Made by a program: the position numbers and the translations under genes | DNA from: Candidatus Krumholzibacteriia bacterium | GTDB taxonomy: Bacteria; Krumholzibacteriota; Krumholzibacteriia; JAJRXK01 | DNA: 64,000 nt | Direction of reading: 5' to 3' | NCBI GenBank assembly: GCA_041484665.1 | Contig: JBGPIA010000001.1 | Location: forward strand, 864,001-928,000 | Notes under the pieces: generated by a model | Databases searched by the model: none | What the model was told of the DNA's origin: nothing | Seen by the model: the letters and a program-made list of their open reading frames with translations, nothing else | Shown: positions 1 to 9,709 of the stretch, piece after piece | Numbering within the stretch: position 1 is the stretch's first letter | How the letters are laid out: the number at the start of each line of letters is the position of its first letter

Positions 1-1025
1 CGCGCACGGCCGTCCTGCGCACGACCCCCATCTGCCTGGTGCGGCGCGCCAACGCCGCGCTGTGGCGAGCGGGCACGGCCGCCAGCCCGAGCGTGGGCGC
101 CGCGGCGGGGGCGGCCGCCTTGTCCCACCCCGCGCAGTCCGCTCTGCGCGTCCTTTACGCACGTGGCGCGAGCTTTTTCGAGGAGATCGTGCAGTCCACC
201 GGGCTGTTGCGCACGCAGACCGAACTGGCGCTCGCCGAGTTGGTGGCGCGCGGACTGGTGAGCGCCGACAGTACGGCGGGCCTGCGGGCGCTGCTCGTGC
301 CCGCGCGCGAGAAGGAGCGGGCGGAGCGCCGCAGCCGCCGCCGGCTGCGGGCTGCAGCGCGCATCGAGCAGGCGGGCCGTTGGTACTGTATTGGCGCTGC
401 TGCTGGCGCGTTGCACGCGGACGGCCGGACGGGTGCTGCGCCCACTGTCGCCCCGGACGCCGCGCGCGGCGCGACGCGCGATGGGACGCTTGAGCGGGCG
501 CGCGGTGCCGGGCGTCTTGACGATGCGGCTCATCCGGACGACTCGGATCTGGAGTCGATCGCGCGCACGCTGCTGCGCCGCTACGGCGTCGTCTTCCGCC
601 GGCTGCTGGAGCGCGAGCCGGGCCTGCCTCCGTGGCGCAATCTGCTGCCTTTGCTGTGGCGGCTGGAGGCGCGCGGCGAGCTGCGCGGCGGGCGTTTCGT
701 GGACACGTTTTCAGGCGAACAGTTCGCCCTGGCCGCGGCCGTCGCGCGGCTACGCGAGGTGCGCCGCGACGAGCGCCGCGGCATCCTGGTCGGCGTCAGC
801 GCGGCCGACCCTCTCAACTTGACGGGGATCGTCACGTCCGGCGAGCGCGTCCCGGGGCTGACGCGCAATCGCGTGCTCTATCGCGACGGCGAGCCCATCG
901 CGGTCTACGAGGGGCGGGTGGTGAAGCTCCTGGTCGGCGCTGCTTCGGCGCAGGCCTGGGAGATCCAGCGGGCGCTGGTGCGCCGCGCGCCGGCGCATTC
1001 GCGGGCGGCGGCGGGCGAGCGCTGA
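1..1025 (+). CDS. Lhr-like DEAD/DEAH-box helicase, C-terminal part (5' end outside window)
   Basis: Motifs GASFF, ELVARGLVSADS, LLRRYGVVFR, LEARGELRGGRFV...GEQFA and SAADPLNLTG are typical of the C-terminal winged-helix region of Lhr-family helicases. Confidence 0.85.
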   Translation, partial: RTAVLRTTPICLVRRANAALWRAGTAASPSVGAAAGAAALSHPAQSALRVLYARGASFFEEIVQSTGLLRTQTELALAELVARGLVSADSTAGLRALLVPAREKERAERRSRRRLRAAARIEQAGRWYCIGAAAGALHADGRTGAAPTVAPDAARGATRDGTLERARGAGRLDDAAHPDDSDLESIARTLLRRYGVVFRRLLEREPGLPPWRNLLPLLWRLEARGELRGGRFVDTFSGEQFALAAAVARLREVRRDERRGILVGVSAADPLNLTGIVTSGERVPGLTRNRVLYRDGEPIAVYEGRVVKLLVGAASAQAWEIQRALVRRAPAHSRAAAGER

Positions 1026-1128
1026 GCGGCCCCGCAGGAGCGCTGCGCGGCGGCGCCTCCCACTGCGCGCGTCCAGCGGCCTGCGGTCGCTTGGGACCAC
1101 CAGCGAGTTCCCGGTGCGCCCCCCGCGG

Positions 1129-1911
1129 TTAGTCGCCCTGCTGCTGCAGTATGGCTTCCAGCCTGCGCTGCTCCTTGCCCCGCAGGTGGCCGTGGAATGC
1201 CTGCAGCGGACCGATCATCGAGTAGATCAGCCCGGAGATCCCGATCCACGGCCCGGGTAGGACGCTGGCGAGCAGGATCGAGGCCAGCCCCACACCCGTC
1301 ATGATCAGGCTGTAGCGGATCTCTGCTCGCGCCACCAGCGCCTCCAGCGCGTTGAGCTGCAGCCGCGCGCGGCTGCGCCAGGCGTGCAGGTAGAGCAGGG
1401 CGAACAGCAAGTAGATGGAGGAGAAGCCCGCGCTGTAGATCCACATCAGCGTGCGCACCTGGGAGCCGTCGATCACGTGTAGCACGGACCCGTCCGGCTG
1501 CATCACGTTCGCTGGAAAGCCGGCGAAGATCCACCGAAACAGGAACTTGAGGGGATAGACGTAGAGCAGCACCAGGAACAGGATGGCGAAATTGAGCAGC
1601 ATCGTCCATCCGTCGCTCATGGCGAACCGGCGGAAGAACGCGTAGTGCTCTCGCCAGAGCATCACCAGGCTCGCGAAGCAGACCGCGAATGCCAGCGTCT
1701 CGCGCATCACCGCCATGAGCTGGTCGAAGCTGTGCGGCACCTCGAGCGAGACCACCAGCAGGGTGACGGCGAACGCGAAGACTGCATCGCTGAACGTCTC
1801 CAGCCGGGGCACGTCGGCACCCCTCCAGCGCAGCGTCAACCCGCCCCGGTCCGCGTTGCCAGCGTGCGTTGCCAAGAGCACCTCCCGGTTGGACGCCCCG
1901 CGCGCGGCCAC
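1129..1911 (-). CDS. TMEM175-family (DUF1211) potassium channel
   Basis: Signature RLETFSDAVFAFAVTLLV followed by about 6 hydrophobic helices; WREHYAFF motif. Confidence 0.85.
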   Translation of the reverse strand: MAARGASNREVLLATHAGNADRGGLTLRWRGADVPRLETFSDAVFAFAVTLLVVSLEVPHSFDQLMAVMRETLAFAVCFASLVMLWREHYAFFRRFAMSDGWTMLLNFAILFLVLLYVYPLKFLFRWIFAGFPANVMQPDGSVLHVIDGSQVRTLMWIYSAGFSSIYLLFALLYLHAWRSRARLQLNALEALVARAEIRYSLIMTGVGLASILLASVLPGPWIGISGLIYSMIGPLQAFHGHLRGKEQRRLEAILQQQGD

Positions 1912-2090
1912 CGCGCCGTGCTCTCATCCACGGCCCGGCCGCGCGTCAAATCGATCGAGAGTACCCCGTCGCCGGCGCCACCTCCAACAGCCGGCGCAGC
2001 GCCGTCGCGGTCGCCGCGGCTGCGTCGCCGCCGCCGCCGCTTCGTCACGCGCGTGCCGCCGGCTGCCGGAGCACCTCCGACTGACGGTTG

Positions 2091-2120
2091 TTGACAGCGC
2101 CGCAGCAGCGTCTCTAGCAT
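2091..2120 (+). promoter_or_regulatory. sigma70-like promoter of the BMC-T gene, probably giving a leaderless mRNA
   Basis: TTGACA (2091-2096), 18-nt spacer, TAGCAT (2115-2120); ATG at 2128 lies 7 nt downstream, with no Shine-Dalgarno. Confidence 0.55.
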
Positions 2121-2127
2121 GGTCGCC

Positions 2128-2751
2128 ATGATCGAGCTGCGCACCTTCGCCTTCCTGGACCAGCTTCAGCCCCAGCTGGCGGGGCAAATCGGGACGACCT
2201 CGCGCGGCTTTATGCCCACCCCAGGCGTCGCCTCGCTATGGGTGGAGATCGCGCCCGGAATCAGCATCCACCGCCTGCTCGACTCCGCGCTGAAGGCCAC
2301 CAGCTGCCAGCCGGCCACCATCGCGGTCGAACGCGCCTTCGGCGTGCTGGAGGTGCACCATGCCGACCAAGGGCAGGTGCGCCAGGCCGGCGCCGCGATC
2401 CTGATGGGCATCGAGCGCAGCGAATCCGACCGCGCCAAACCGCGATTGGTCTCCTCGCAGATCATCCGCTCCGTCGAGTCCTATCACACCCAGCTCATCA
2501 ACCGAACGCGCTACGGATCGATGATCCTGCCCGGCCAGTCGCTGTACATCCTGGAAACCGAGCCGGCCGCCTACTGCATGCTGGCCGCCAATGAGGCCGA
2601 GAAGGCCGCGCAGATCATGCTGGTGGACGTGATCCCGATCGGCGCCTACGGGCGCTTGTACCTGGCCGGCCCGGAGGCCCAGATCGACGCGGCCAAGGAG
2701 GCGGCCGAGCGGGCGCTCGCCTCGCTCAGCGGGCGCAGCTCCGAGGAATAA
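2128..2751 (+). CDS. Bacterial microcompartment shell protein, tandem-domain BMC-T (CcmP/CsoS1D-like, stacked permuted trimer)
   Basis: [66 protein letters not shown] and [10 protein letters not shown] are characteristic of BMC-T(dp) proteins. Confidence 0.92.
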   Translation: MIELRTFAFLDQLQPQLAGQIGTTSRGFMPTPGVASLWVEIAPGISIHRLLDSALKATSCQPATIAVERAFGVLEVHHADQGQVRQAGAAILMGIERSESDRAKPRLVSSQIIRSVESYHTQLINRTRYGSMILPGQSLYILETEPAAYCMLAANEAEKAAQIMLVDVIPIGAYGRLYLAGPEAQIDAAKEAAERALASLSGRSSEE

Positions 2752-2799
2752 CCGGCGAGGAATACGCCGCGTTTTTGGACCGCTGCCCGCGCGCCCGCT

Positions 2800-3309
2800 T
2801 TGACCATGCAGCAGCCCCCTGCGCAGCCCGAGCGCACCCCCCTTCCCTGGAGCCGCTTCTGCTTCGTGTGCGGTGCCGACAATCCCATCGGGCTGCGAGC
2901 GCGAAGCTACAAGGTCGGCGGCGCGATCGAGCTGCCCTTCGTGGTTCGGCCCGAGTTCGCAGGCTGGAGCGAGGTCGCGCACGGTGGGCTGATCGCAACG
3001 GTGCTCGATGAGGTGATGACCTGGGCCGCGATCCTGGGCAGCGAGAAGCCCTGCTTCGCCGCCGAGCTCACCGTGCGCTTGCAGAAGCCCCTGCCTCCGC
3101 GGACCGACTGCGTGGCGGTGGGAAGCGTGACTGCGATGCGCCGCAGCATCGCCGACACCGCCGCGTTCCTGCGCGACACGGGCGGCCAGATCTACGCGCG
3201 GGCCACGGGGCGCTACATGCCGGTGCCACCTGATCGCATGGCTCATCTGCGCCAGGACTTCGTCCGCACACCGGACTGCCTGGACGTCGCGCGATTCTTC
3301 GGCCAGTGA
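2800..3309 (+). CDS. PaaI-family (hotdog-fold) thioesterase
   Basis: CFVCGADNPIGL and HGGLIATVLDEVM motifs. Confidence 0.88.
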   Translation: MTMQQPPAQPERTPLPWSRFCFVCGADNPIGLRARSYKVGGAIELPFVVRPEFAGWSEVAHGGLIATVLDEVMTWAAILGSEKPCFAAELTVRLQKPLPPRTDCVAVGSVTAMRRSIADTAAFLRDTGGQIYARATGRYMPVPPDRMAHLRQDFVRTPDCLDVARFFGQ

Positions 3310-3355
3310 ACGGAGCAGCTGGTCGCGGCGCGGCGGTGTCCGCCGGACCACCCCT

Positions 3356-4723
3356 TCAGAACGCCTCGTCCAGCGTCAGGTAGAAGCGAACCGAGCCCTG
3401 CCCCACCGCTGCATCGAGGCGGGCGCGTAGGTCATCGCGCCCTGCAACGCGAGCTCGCAGACCCCCACCCACGGTGGGGCGCATGTGCTCCAGCTGCAGG
3501 CGGCGCAGCGTGGGCGCCACGTCGCCCAGCCCGGCGAAGGCCGTCATCCCCAGGCGCCACCAAAGGTCGGCCCGGTACTCCCCCTGGAAGGCCATCAGCA
3601 CGCGGTCCACGTACCGACCGAGGCGGTAGCCGCGGCTGTGGGCCCGCCCGCCCAGCTCGGCGAACCGCCAGATGGGCGGCGATCCGCGCGAGGAGTAGAC
3701 GAAGAACTGCGTGGCCAGCACGTGCTCGCCACCCAGCGGCAGGTACTTGCGCAGGTCGAGGTTGTAGTTGTTGAAATCGTAGGCGCTGCCCAGCGCGTCG
3801 TCGAACACCATGGCGAAGGCCTGGTGGTAGCTGCCACGCGTGGGCGAGTAGCGCCGGTTGCGCGTGTCCCACTCCAGCAGCAGCCCCGTGCCGACCACGC
3901 CCTTTCCCTGCGTTCCGGGCAGGCCGGCAGACTCCAGTTGCTGGCCCGCCTCCCGCTCCAGGTAGCTGAAGCTCTCCCCCTCGAAGCGCACGCCCACGCC
4001 CAGCTGCGCGAGGATCCGGCGGTGCAGCTCCAGGTACGCCAAGAGGTCGCGCGGTCGATAGATCTCCTCTGCGTTCGAGGGGGAATCGGGTCCGACCCCC
4101 CAGAAGCGTCGGGCCAGGTCGGTGTAGCTCACCTTGGCGCGGACGGAGTACGTGCCGTCGCCGAAGTAGACGTCGTTGACGAACTCCGCGCGCATCTGCC
4201 CGTTGAGGGTGATCAGCCCCTTGAGCCAGACGTCGGAGTCGTGCGTGGAGGCCAGGGCGCCCGGCCCGCGGAAGGGCCGCACCAGTTGCGCGCCCATTCC
4301 CAGCTTTGTCTCGCTCGCGTAGTGCACGGTAGGCAGGAAGACGAAGCGCCCGAACATCAACCGCGGTGGGAGCAGCCGCGAATGGCCGCGAGCATGGCCG
4401 TCGGATGTGGACGGGGGAGCGGAGATGGTGGAAGCGCTGCTCGCGGCCGCCATGCTGTCCGCCGGCGCTGCACCGCCCGCGCGAACCGGACCGGCGAGCG
4501 CGCGCGACAGCGGCGCGGTGGCGACCAGCGCGAGGGTGAGCACGATGAGCGCGAGGACGAGCAGGTCGCACCGTCGAGCGTGCTGCCCGCGGCCCGCGAC
4601 GCGTGCTGGACAGATGCGGCGCACTTGGAGGGTCCCTCGCGCATACGGACACCAGGCCACGGCCGTGCAGCCGCGGAGAATCCCCAGGTCAACGGGGCGT
4701 CGGCGCAACGTTGTGGGGGTCAT
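3356..4723 (-). CDS. Omp85/BamA-TamA family outer-membrane beta-barrel (surface antigen), no recognisable POTRA domains; true start uncertain
   Basis: WDTRNRRYSPTRG, LGGRAHSRGYRLGRYVD, GGGLR and terminal EAF; hydrophobic signal-like segment near the N-terminus. Confidence 0.8.
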   Translation of the reverse strand: MTPTTLRRRPVDLGILRGCTAVAWCPYARGTLQVRRICPARVAGRGQHARRCDLLVLALIVLTLALVATAPLSRALAGPVRAGGAAPADSMAAASSASTISAPPSTSDGHARGHSRLLPPRLMFGRFVFLPTVHYASETKLGMGAQLVRPFRGPGALASTHDSDVWLKGLITLNGQMRAEFVNDVYFGDGTYSVRAKVSYTDLARRFWGVGPDSPSNAEEIYRPRDLLAYLELHRRILAQLGVGVRFEGESFSYLEREAGQQLESAGLPGTQGKGVVGTGLLLEWDTRNRRYSPTRGSYHQAFAMVFDDALGSAYDFNNYNLDLRKYLPLGGEHVLATQFFVYSSRGSPPIWRFAELGGRAHSRGYRLGRYVDRVLMAFQGEYRADLWWRLGMTAFAGLGDVAPTLRRLQLEHMRPTVGGGLRARVAGRDDLRARLDAAVGQGSVRFYLTLDEAF

Positions 4724-4940
4724 AGCCCTGCCCGGAAGGGATCGGGTCGACGGTCGATTGCCGCGCCGCCTCGAGCTGCGCAGCCTGGCCGAGCATCCAG
4801 CCTTTCGATCGCCTTGACGGTCTCGCCGGCCCGCAGGCGCTCGCTGCAGCGCTGCACGCCGACGATGTGTCCCCGACGACGGCGCGCAACCGGGTGAGGC
4901 TACCGGGAAGCCCGGCGCGCCGCAAGATGGTTGCGGGCTC

Positions 4941-5822
4941 GTGTGGTTGCGGGCTCGTCACCGCCGACGCCGGCGGGAGCCTCGCCTGGACAGCCCTCAA
5001 GCGCGGCTGGACGAGACACGCATCAAGCACCTTCCCTCCAAGCTGCTGGGCATCTTGAGCTGCCTGGTGTATCTGCGCATGCAGCGGCTCGGCGCGCGCG
5101 AGGTCGGACTCGTCGCACGCGGCGCGGGCAGGGCGATCCTGTTGGGGACACTGCTCTCGCTGACGGCCGGTCTCGCGGCGTACGGTGCGCCCCTCTACGT
5201 GCTGCGTGGCGCGAACGTACGCATCACGCTGGGCGCGGGAGCCACCTCGACGCTGACCGCGACCGGGCTAATGCTGCTGCTGGTCTTTCACCTGGGCAAT
5301 GGGCTGCTCCACGCCGTATCGGGAATCTGGAACGAGCTGTTCGGGCTGTTGGAGGTCCGCACCCACGGCGCGCTGGGCGCCACCGGCGGCACGACGGTGC
5401 TGCTCGTCCCGATGCTGTTCGTCGTCGCCGTCCAGCTAATGGACATCGGGCGCACCGCGCGGGTTGCGCCGTGGGGAGCGCCGGCGGCCGGGCCGGAGGC
5501 TCCCGGATGCCACGCGCCAGCCCCGCTCCCAACTTCGCTCTACGCCAGCACTTGCCGACCGCCCCCGCCCCGCGGGCGGAACGGTCCTGGGCGGAGCCGG
5601 CCGGGGTCCACGCGCGGCGCGCAGACCGACTGGGCGGTGGCGGGCGGTCGGCGCCTGCCCCGCGTCCCGCAGGTCACAGAATCGAACTTGCGGAGGGCGG
5701 CCGTCGGTCTAGACTTGATCATGGAATCGGGAACGAGAAGCGAGAGGGCGCCCGGCACGCGCGGGCCCGCAGACTTCGGACGGCACTGGCTCGTTGTGGG
5801 CCCAACGGGCGCCGACAGGTGA
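4941..5822 (+). pseudogene. Degenerate membrane protein, possibly a remnant of a CPBP/CAAX (Abi) intramembrane protease
   Basis: The central ~150 aa (RLDETRIKHLPSKLLGILSCLVYL...LFVVAVQL) has several TM helices. There is no EExxxR core, and the start and C-terminal tail look non-coding. Confidence 0.3.
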
Positions 5823-5837
5823 AGCACTGGGACCGGG

Positions 5838-5859
5838 GGGGGGCGCGGACGCGCCCCCC
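5838..5859. terminator. GC-rich hairpin between convergent units
   Basis: GGGGGGCGC-GGAC-GCGCCCCCC perfect 9-bp stem followed by TCTTGTT. Confidence 0.45.
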
Positions 5860-6035
5860 TCTTGTTGGATCGTGGCGCTGCGTTCGGCGCCGCTGGTCGC
5901 GCGCCTGGTTGCGTTGCTCGTTGCGCTGTTCGTGGTGCTGCGCGACGCGCTGCCGGTTGCACTACGCCGTGCCCCACTTGGGACGCTGTGTGTCGAGCGG
6001 CGTCTCGCGCCGCGCTGCCCGATGCGACCCGCCGT

Positions 6036-7820
6036 CTACTCCGCCTGCGCCTTCATGACGAGCACCGTGCAGTCGTCCGAGAGGTCACCCTCGCCGCTGT
6101 GGCGGCGCACGGCGTCCACGATTCCGTCGGCGATGTCCCGCGCGGAGCCACCCGCCAGAGACGTGAGAACCGCGTGCAGGCGTCCAGACCCAAACTGCTC
6201 CTCCTGGCGATCGAGGGCCTCCTGCACACCGTCGGAGCAGATGACCACCACGTCGCCGAGCTGCAGGTGCAGGGTCGCCTGCTCGTAGACGCGGCCGGCG
6301 ATCAACCCCAGCGGCACGCCGGCCACTTCCACCGGGGTGGGACGCCCGGCGCGCACGAGGTGCGGGAACGGAAGCCCGGAGTTCGCCAGGGTCAGCGTGC
6401 GCTCGCCGCTGTCGTACAGAGCGAATGCCATCGCCGCGGATCGTCCGTCAACGGCCAGGCGTGTGAGTTTCTCATTGAGGTCGGCGAGCACGTGGGCGGG
6501 GTCGAAGAAGCTGTGCCCCGCGTACTCGCGCAGGATCCCGATCACCAGAGTCCCGTAGAGCGCAGCCGAGGTGCCTTTGCCCGCCACGTCGCACAGCGCG
6601 ATCGCGGCGCGGCCCTCGCCGTACGGGAGCACGTCGTAGAAGTCGCCCCCCAGGTGCCGTGCCGGCTCGTAGGCCACGGCCAGCTGCAGCCCGGGCAACC
6701 ACGGCGTGGCTTTGGGCAGCAGCTGCTTCTGCAGCTCGCGAGCGGTGGCGAGGTCCCCCTCGAGCGCTTGCTCGTTCAGGCGCAGCTTCTCGTACAGGCG
6801 CGCGTTCTCCAGAGCGATCGACAAGGACGAGCAGAGCGTCGACAGCAGCTGCTCCGACTGCGCGCTGAAAGCGTCGTACTCCGCGCTTTCGAGATCCAGC
6901 ACTCCGATCAAGCGGTCCTTGAACACCAGGGGCACGACCAGCTCCGAGCGCGTCTCCAGCCCCAGCGAGCAGCGGACCCAGCGGGGGTCCAGATGGACGT
7001 TGGGGACGCGTACGGGCTGGCGCAGCGCTGCCGCCGTGCCGCAGAGCCCGTGGCCCAGAGCCAGGCTCTGGACCTGCACGCTCGCCCGCGTATCGCCCAG
7101 GTAGGTCACCGAGGGCTCGAGCAGGCGCGTCTCCTCGTTCCAGAGCATGAGGCTGAACACGTCGAAGCGGATCAGCCCCTTGACCAGCTCGGCGACGCGC
7201 GCGACGAGCGTGCCGCGGTCGAGGATCGAGGTCAGGTCGCGGCTCACCTCGTGCAGCAGCGAGAGCGTCCGCGCCTGCGCGAGCATGTTGCGATAGATGC
7301 GCGCCCGCTCGATGGCGTCGGCGAGGTGTCCCGCCACGAGCACGAGCAGATCCTGGTGCTCGGGAGTGAATAGCCCCAGCCGGACGCTGCCCAGATCGAG
7401 CACGCCGATCGTGCGCTCCTTGGCGATCAGCGGCAGCGCAAGCTCGCTGCGCGTGGACGGGCAGGCGTCGATGTAGCGTGGGTCCGCGGCAACGTCGCGC
7501 AGCAGGATCGGCCGGCCGGTCTGGGCGACCGTCCCCACGATCCCCTGCCCCATGCCGAACCGCCAGTGATCGGCCACGCCTTGTGGGTAGCCGACCGCCA
7601 GCTCGAAGCGTAGCTCCTTGCCCAGATCGTCCATCAGCAGGATCCCGAGCGTGTCGTAGGGGACGAACTCCCGCAGCCGCTCGGCGAAGCGCTCCAGTCC
7701 GGAGACCAGATCGGGCGCGGCGTTCAGCTCGAGCGTGAGCCGCATCAGGGAGGCAATCGCATCTTGGCGACCAGCGGCACCGCCCGACGCGTCGGAAGCG
7801 CGGTGTTGCGGGCTTTCCAT
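6036..7820 (-). CDS. GAF-GAF-PP2C (SpoIIE/RsbU-type) serine phosphatase
   Basis: Two GAF domains (GQGIVGTVAQTG...RSELALPL; GHGLCGTAA...RSELVVPL) plus PP2C motifs GGDFYD, DVAGKG, SDG and DDCT. Start at ATG 7820 after GGAGGG; the longer ORF-track extension is spurious. Confidence 0.92.
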   Translation of the reverse strand: MESPQHRASDASGGAAGRQDAIASLMRLTLELNAAPDLVSGLERFAERLREFVPYDTLGILLMDDLGKELRFELAVGYPQGVADHWRFGMGQGIVGTVAQTGRPILLRDVAADPRYIDACPSTRSELALPLIAKERTIGVLDLGSVRLGLFTPEHQDLLVLVAGHLADAIERARIYRNMLAQARTLSLLHEVSRDLTSILDRGTLVARVAELVKGLIRFDVFSLMLWNEETRLLEPSVTYLGDTRASVQVQSLALGHGLCGTAAALRQPVRVPNVHLDPRWVRCSLGLETRSELVVPLVFKDRLIGVLDLESAEYDAFSAQSEQLLSTLCSSLSIALENARLYEKLRLNEQALEGDLATARELQKQLLPKATPWLPGLQLAVAYEPARHLGGDFYDVLPYGEGRAAIALCDVAGKGTSAALYGTLVIGILREYAGHSFFDPAHVLADLNEKLTRLAVDGRSAAMAFALYDSGERTLTLANSGLPFPHLVRAGRPTPVEVAGVPLGLIAGRVYEQATLHLQLGDVVVICSDGVQEALDRQEEQFGSGRLHAVLTSLAGGSARDIADGIVDAVRRHSGEGDLSDDCTVLVMKAQAE

Positions 7821-7990
7821 CGGTCCCTCCCAGAGTCGGCGCCAAAGCCTTGGCGCGGGTCCGGGCCGCTGGGCGTCGGGGACTCGGGGTGCCCCGGTGC
7901 GTCGGCGCGCGGACGGTGGACAAAGGATACACGTGCCCGGACGCGGCCGCCCGGTGCATCCACCGCGCGGCGAACCGACCGCCCGGCGGA

Positions 7991-9709
7991 TCAGCGCTGG
8001 TGCGGCTCGGCCGCAAAAGGCTCCTCGCCCTCCGGGATCTCCCAGATCCGTCCGGCCCCCAGCGGCCCGACCGCCTGGGCGCGGCCTGACGGCCAGCGGA
8101 TCTCGATTGAATCGACGGTCGCCGCGTCGCCCAGACCGAAATGCAGCGGCAGCGGCATGCTGCTGCCGGCAACCTGCGCCGGCCAGTGCTGGCGCACCTG
8201 CCGCGCGCCCCCGGCGTAGAGTGCGACGCGAGTCCCGAAGGCCTCCGGATTGCTGCCCGGCCCGCCGCTCAGCGCCAGCTCGATCCAGCCCCGCGGGGCA
8301 AGATCGTTGCGCAGCAGCCGGGCACCCCCCGGACCCGTGGCGTCGCCGTGGCCTCCTTGCAGGAACAGCAGATCGAGGTCGCCATCGCCGTCCCAGTCGA
8401 ACGCCAGCGCGCCCTGCGACACTCCTGGCAGCGCGCGCTCCAGCCCCCACGCGCGGCTGACGTCCTCGAACGTTCCATCGCCACGATTGCGCAGCGCGAC
8501 GCTGGCGCGACCGTGTGAGGCGTCCTCGCGGCGCACCACCAGCAGGTCGAGGTGGCCATCGTTGTCGAGGTCCGCAGCCACCGCGGCGGTGCCGATGCCA
8601 TCGAGCTCCGCGCCGCTGACGGCCGCGCTCTCCCGGAACGCCGGCCCGTCGCGCGCGGCCCGCGCGCCTTGGATCCCATCCGCCCGGGGAGTGACTCCCA
8701 GCAGCAGCCGATTGTGGCGCTGCGGGAACGCGGGATCGCCGACGCCGTCGCCGTAGACGAGGTACAGGTCCAGTCGGCCGTCTCCATCGAAATCGCCCCA
8801 TACGCCGCCCGCCGGCCCGGGCACGTAGACGGCGGGCGGCAGCAGCTCGGGCGCCCGGCGCCACGTGCCGCGGCCGGTCCCGAGGTACAGCACGAGCGGC
8901 GGCCGGCCGACGCCCAGCAGGTCGATGGCGCCGTTCTCGTCGAAATCCGCAGGGAACACCTCGACCAGGTACTGCTCGCGCACGCGCGGGCCAAAGAGCG
9001 TGTCGGCGGGAGGCGGTGTGCGGGCGAGCAGCTCCTCGTCCACGGGGTCGTGCCCTGGCAAGCGCTGCGGCTGGTCGAGGAATCCGCCGCCGGTCTGCGC
9101 CACGAACAGGCGCAGCGGGCTGCGGAAGTTCAGCACCAGCAGGTCGAGCTGCGGATCGCCCGCCAGGTCCGCGAAGAGTGCGCCGCGGCCGCGCCCGAAG
9201 CGGTCCTGCACGCGCAGGGCGGCGGCCCGCTCCGTCGCACCGGCGGACGAGCGCAGCCAAAGCTGATTGGGTCCCTCGCCATGCCCCCGGTGCGCGCCCG
9301 CGACCAGATAGAGATCGGCGAAACCGTCGCGGTCGAGGTCTGCGACGGCGGTAGCATGGTGGTCCTCGATCATGCCCGGCGGCCAGAAGCCCCGCGTGCG
9401 CTCGAAGCGCAGCCCGGGCCGGCACAGGTACGCATTCGGCAACGACGCGTGGCGCCCCAGCAGGAGATCCATCCGCCCGTCACGATCGAGGTCGAGCGCC
9501 GTGCACCCGGAGGTCTTGCCAGTCACGGGCAGGCCGCTGCGCAGCGTGACGTCGATGAAGCGCTTCGCGCTGCTGGGGCCCGCGGGACCGCGCGCGGCGC
9601 TGCCCAGGAGGATGACCACCAGCAGTACCAGCATCAGCGGCTGCGCCCACGGAAGCCTCCGCGCGATGGAGCGACGGCAGACGCCCGCCACGTGTGTCGG
9701 TGCAGTCAC
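7991..9709 (-). CDS. Secreted CRTAC1-like FG-GAP repeat protein with ASPIC/UnbV domain
   Basis: Repeated DxDxDGxxDL motifs, LHFGLG, IRWPSG and an N-terminal hydrophobic signal. The GTG start overlaps the aldolase stop (GTGA). Confidence 0.85.
   Translation of the reverse strand: MTAPTHVAGVCRRSIARRLPWAQPLMLVLLVVILLGSAARGPAGPSSAKRFIDVTLRSGLPVTGKTSGCTALDLDRDGRMDLLLGRHASLPNAYLCRPGLRFERTRGFWPPGMIEDHHATAVADLDRDGFADLYLVAGAHRGHGEGPNQLWLRSSAGATERAAALRVQDRFGRGRGALFADLAGDPQLDLLVLNFRSPLRLFVAQTGGGFLDQPQRLPGHDPVDEELLARTPPPADTLFGPRVREQYLVEVFPADFDENGAIDLLGVGRPPLVLYLGTGRGTWRRAPELLPPAVYVPGPAGGVWGDFDGDGRLDLYLVYGDGVGDPAFPQRHNRLLLGVTPRADGIQGARAARDGPAFRESAAVSGAELDGIGTAAVAADLDNDGHLDLLVVRREDASHGRASVALRNRGDGTFEDVSRAWGLERALPGVSQGALAFDWDGDGDLDLLFLQGGHGDATGPGGARLLRNDLAPRGWIELALSGGPGSNPEAFGTRVALYAGGARQVRQHWPAQVAGSSMPLPLHFGLGDAATVDSIEIRWPSGRAQAVGPLGAGRIWEIPEGEEPFAAEPHQR

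Noticed and set aside
7821..9425. Long N-terminal extension of the PP2C ORF (1129 aa)
   Set aside because: It is an Arg/Ala/Pro-rich alternative-frame read-through of the ASPIC/UnbV gene. The real start with an RBS is at 7820.
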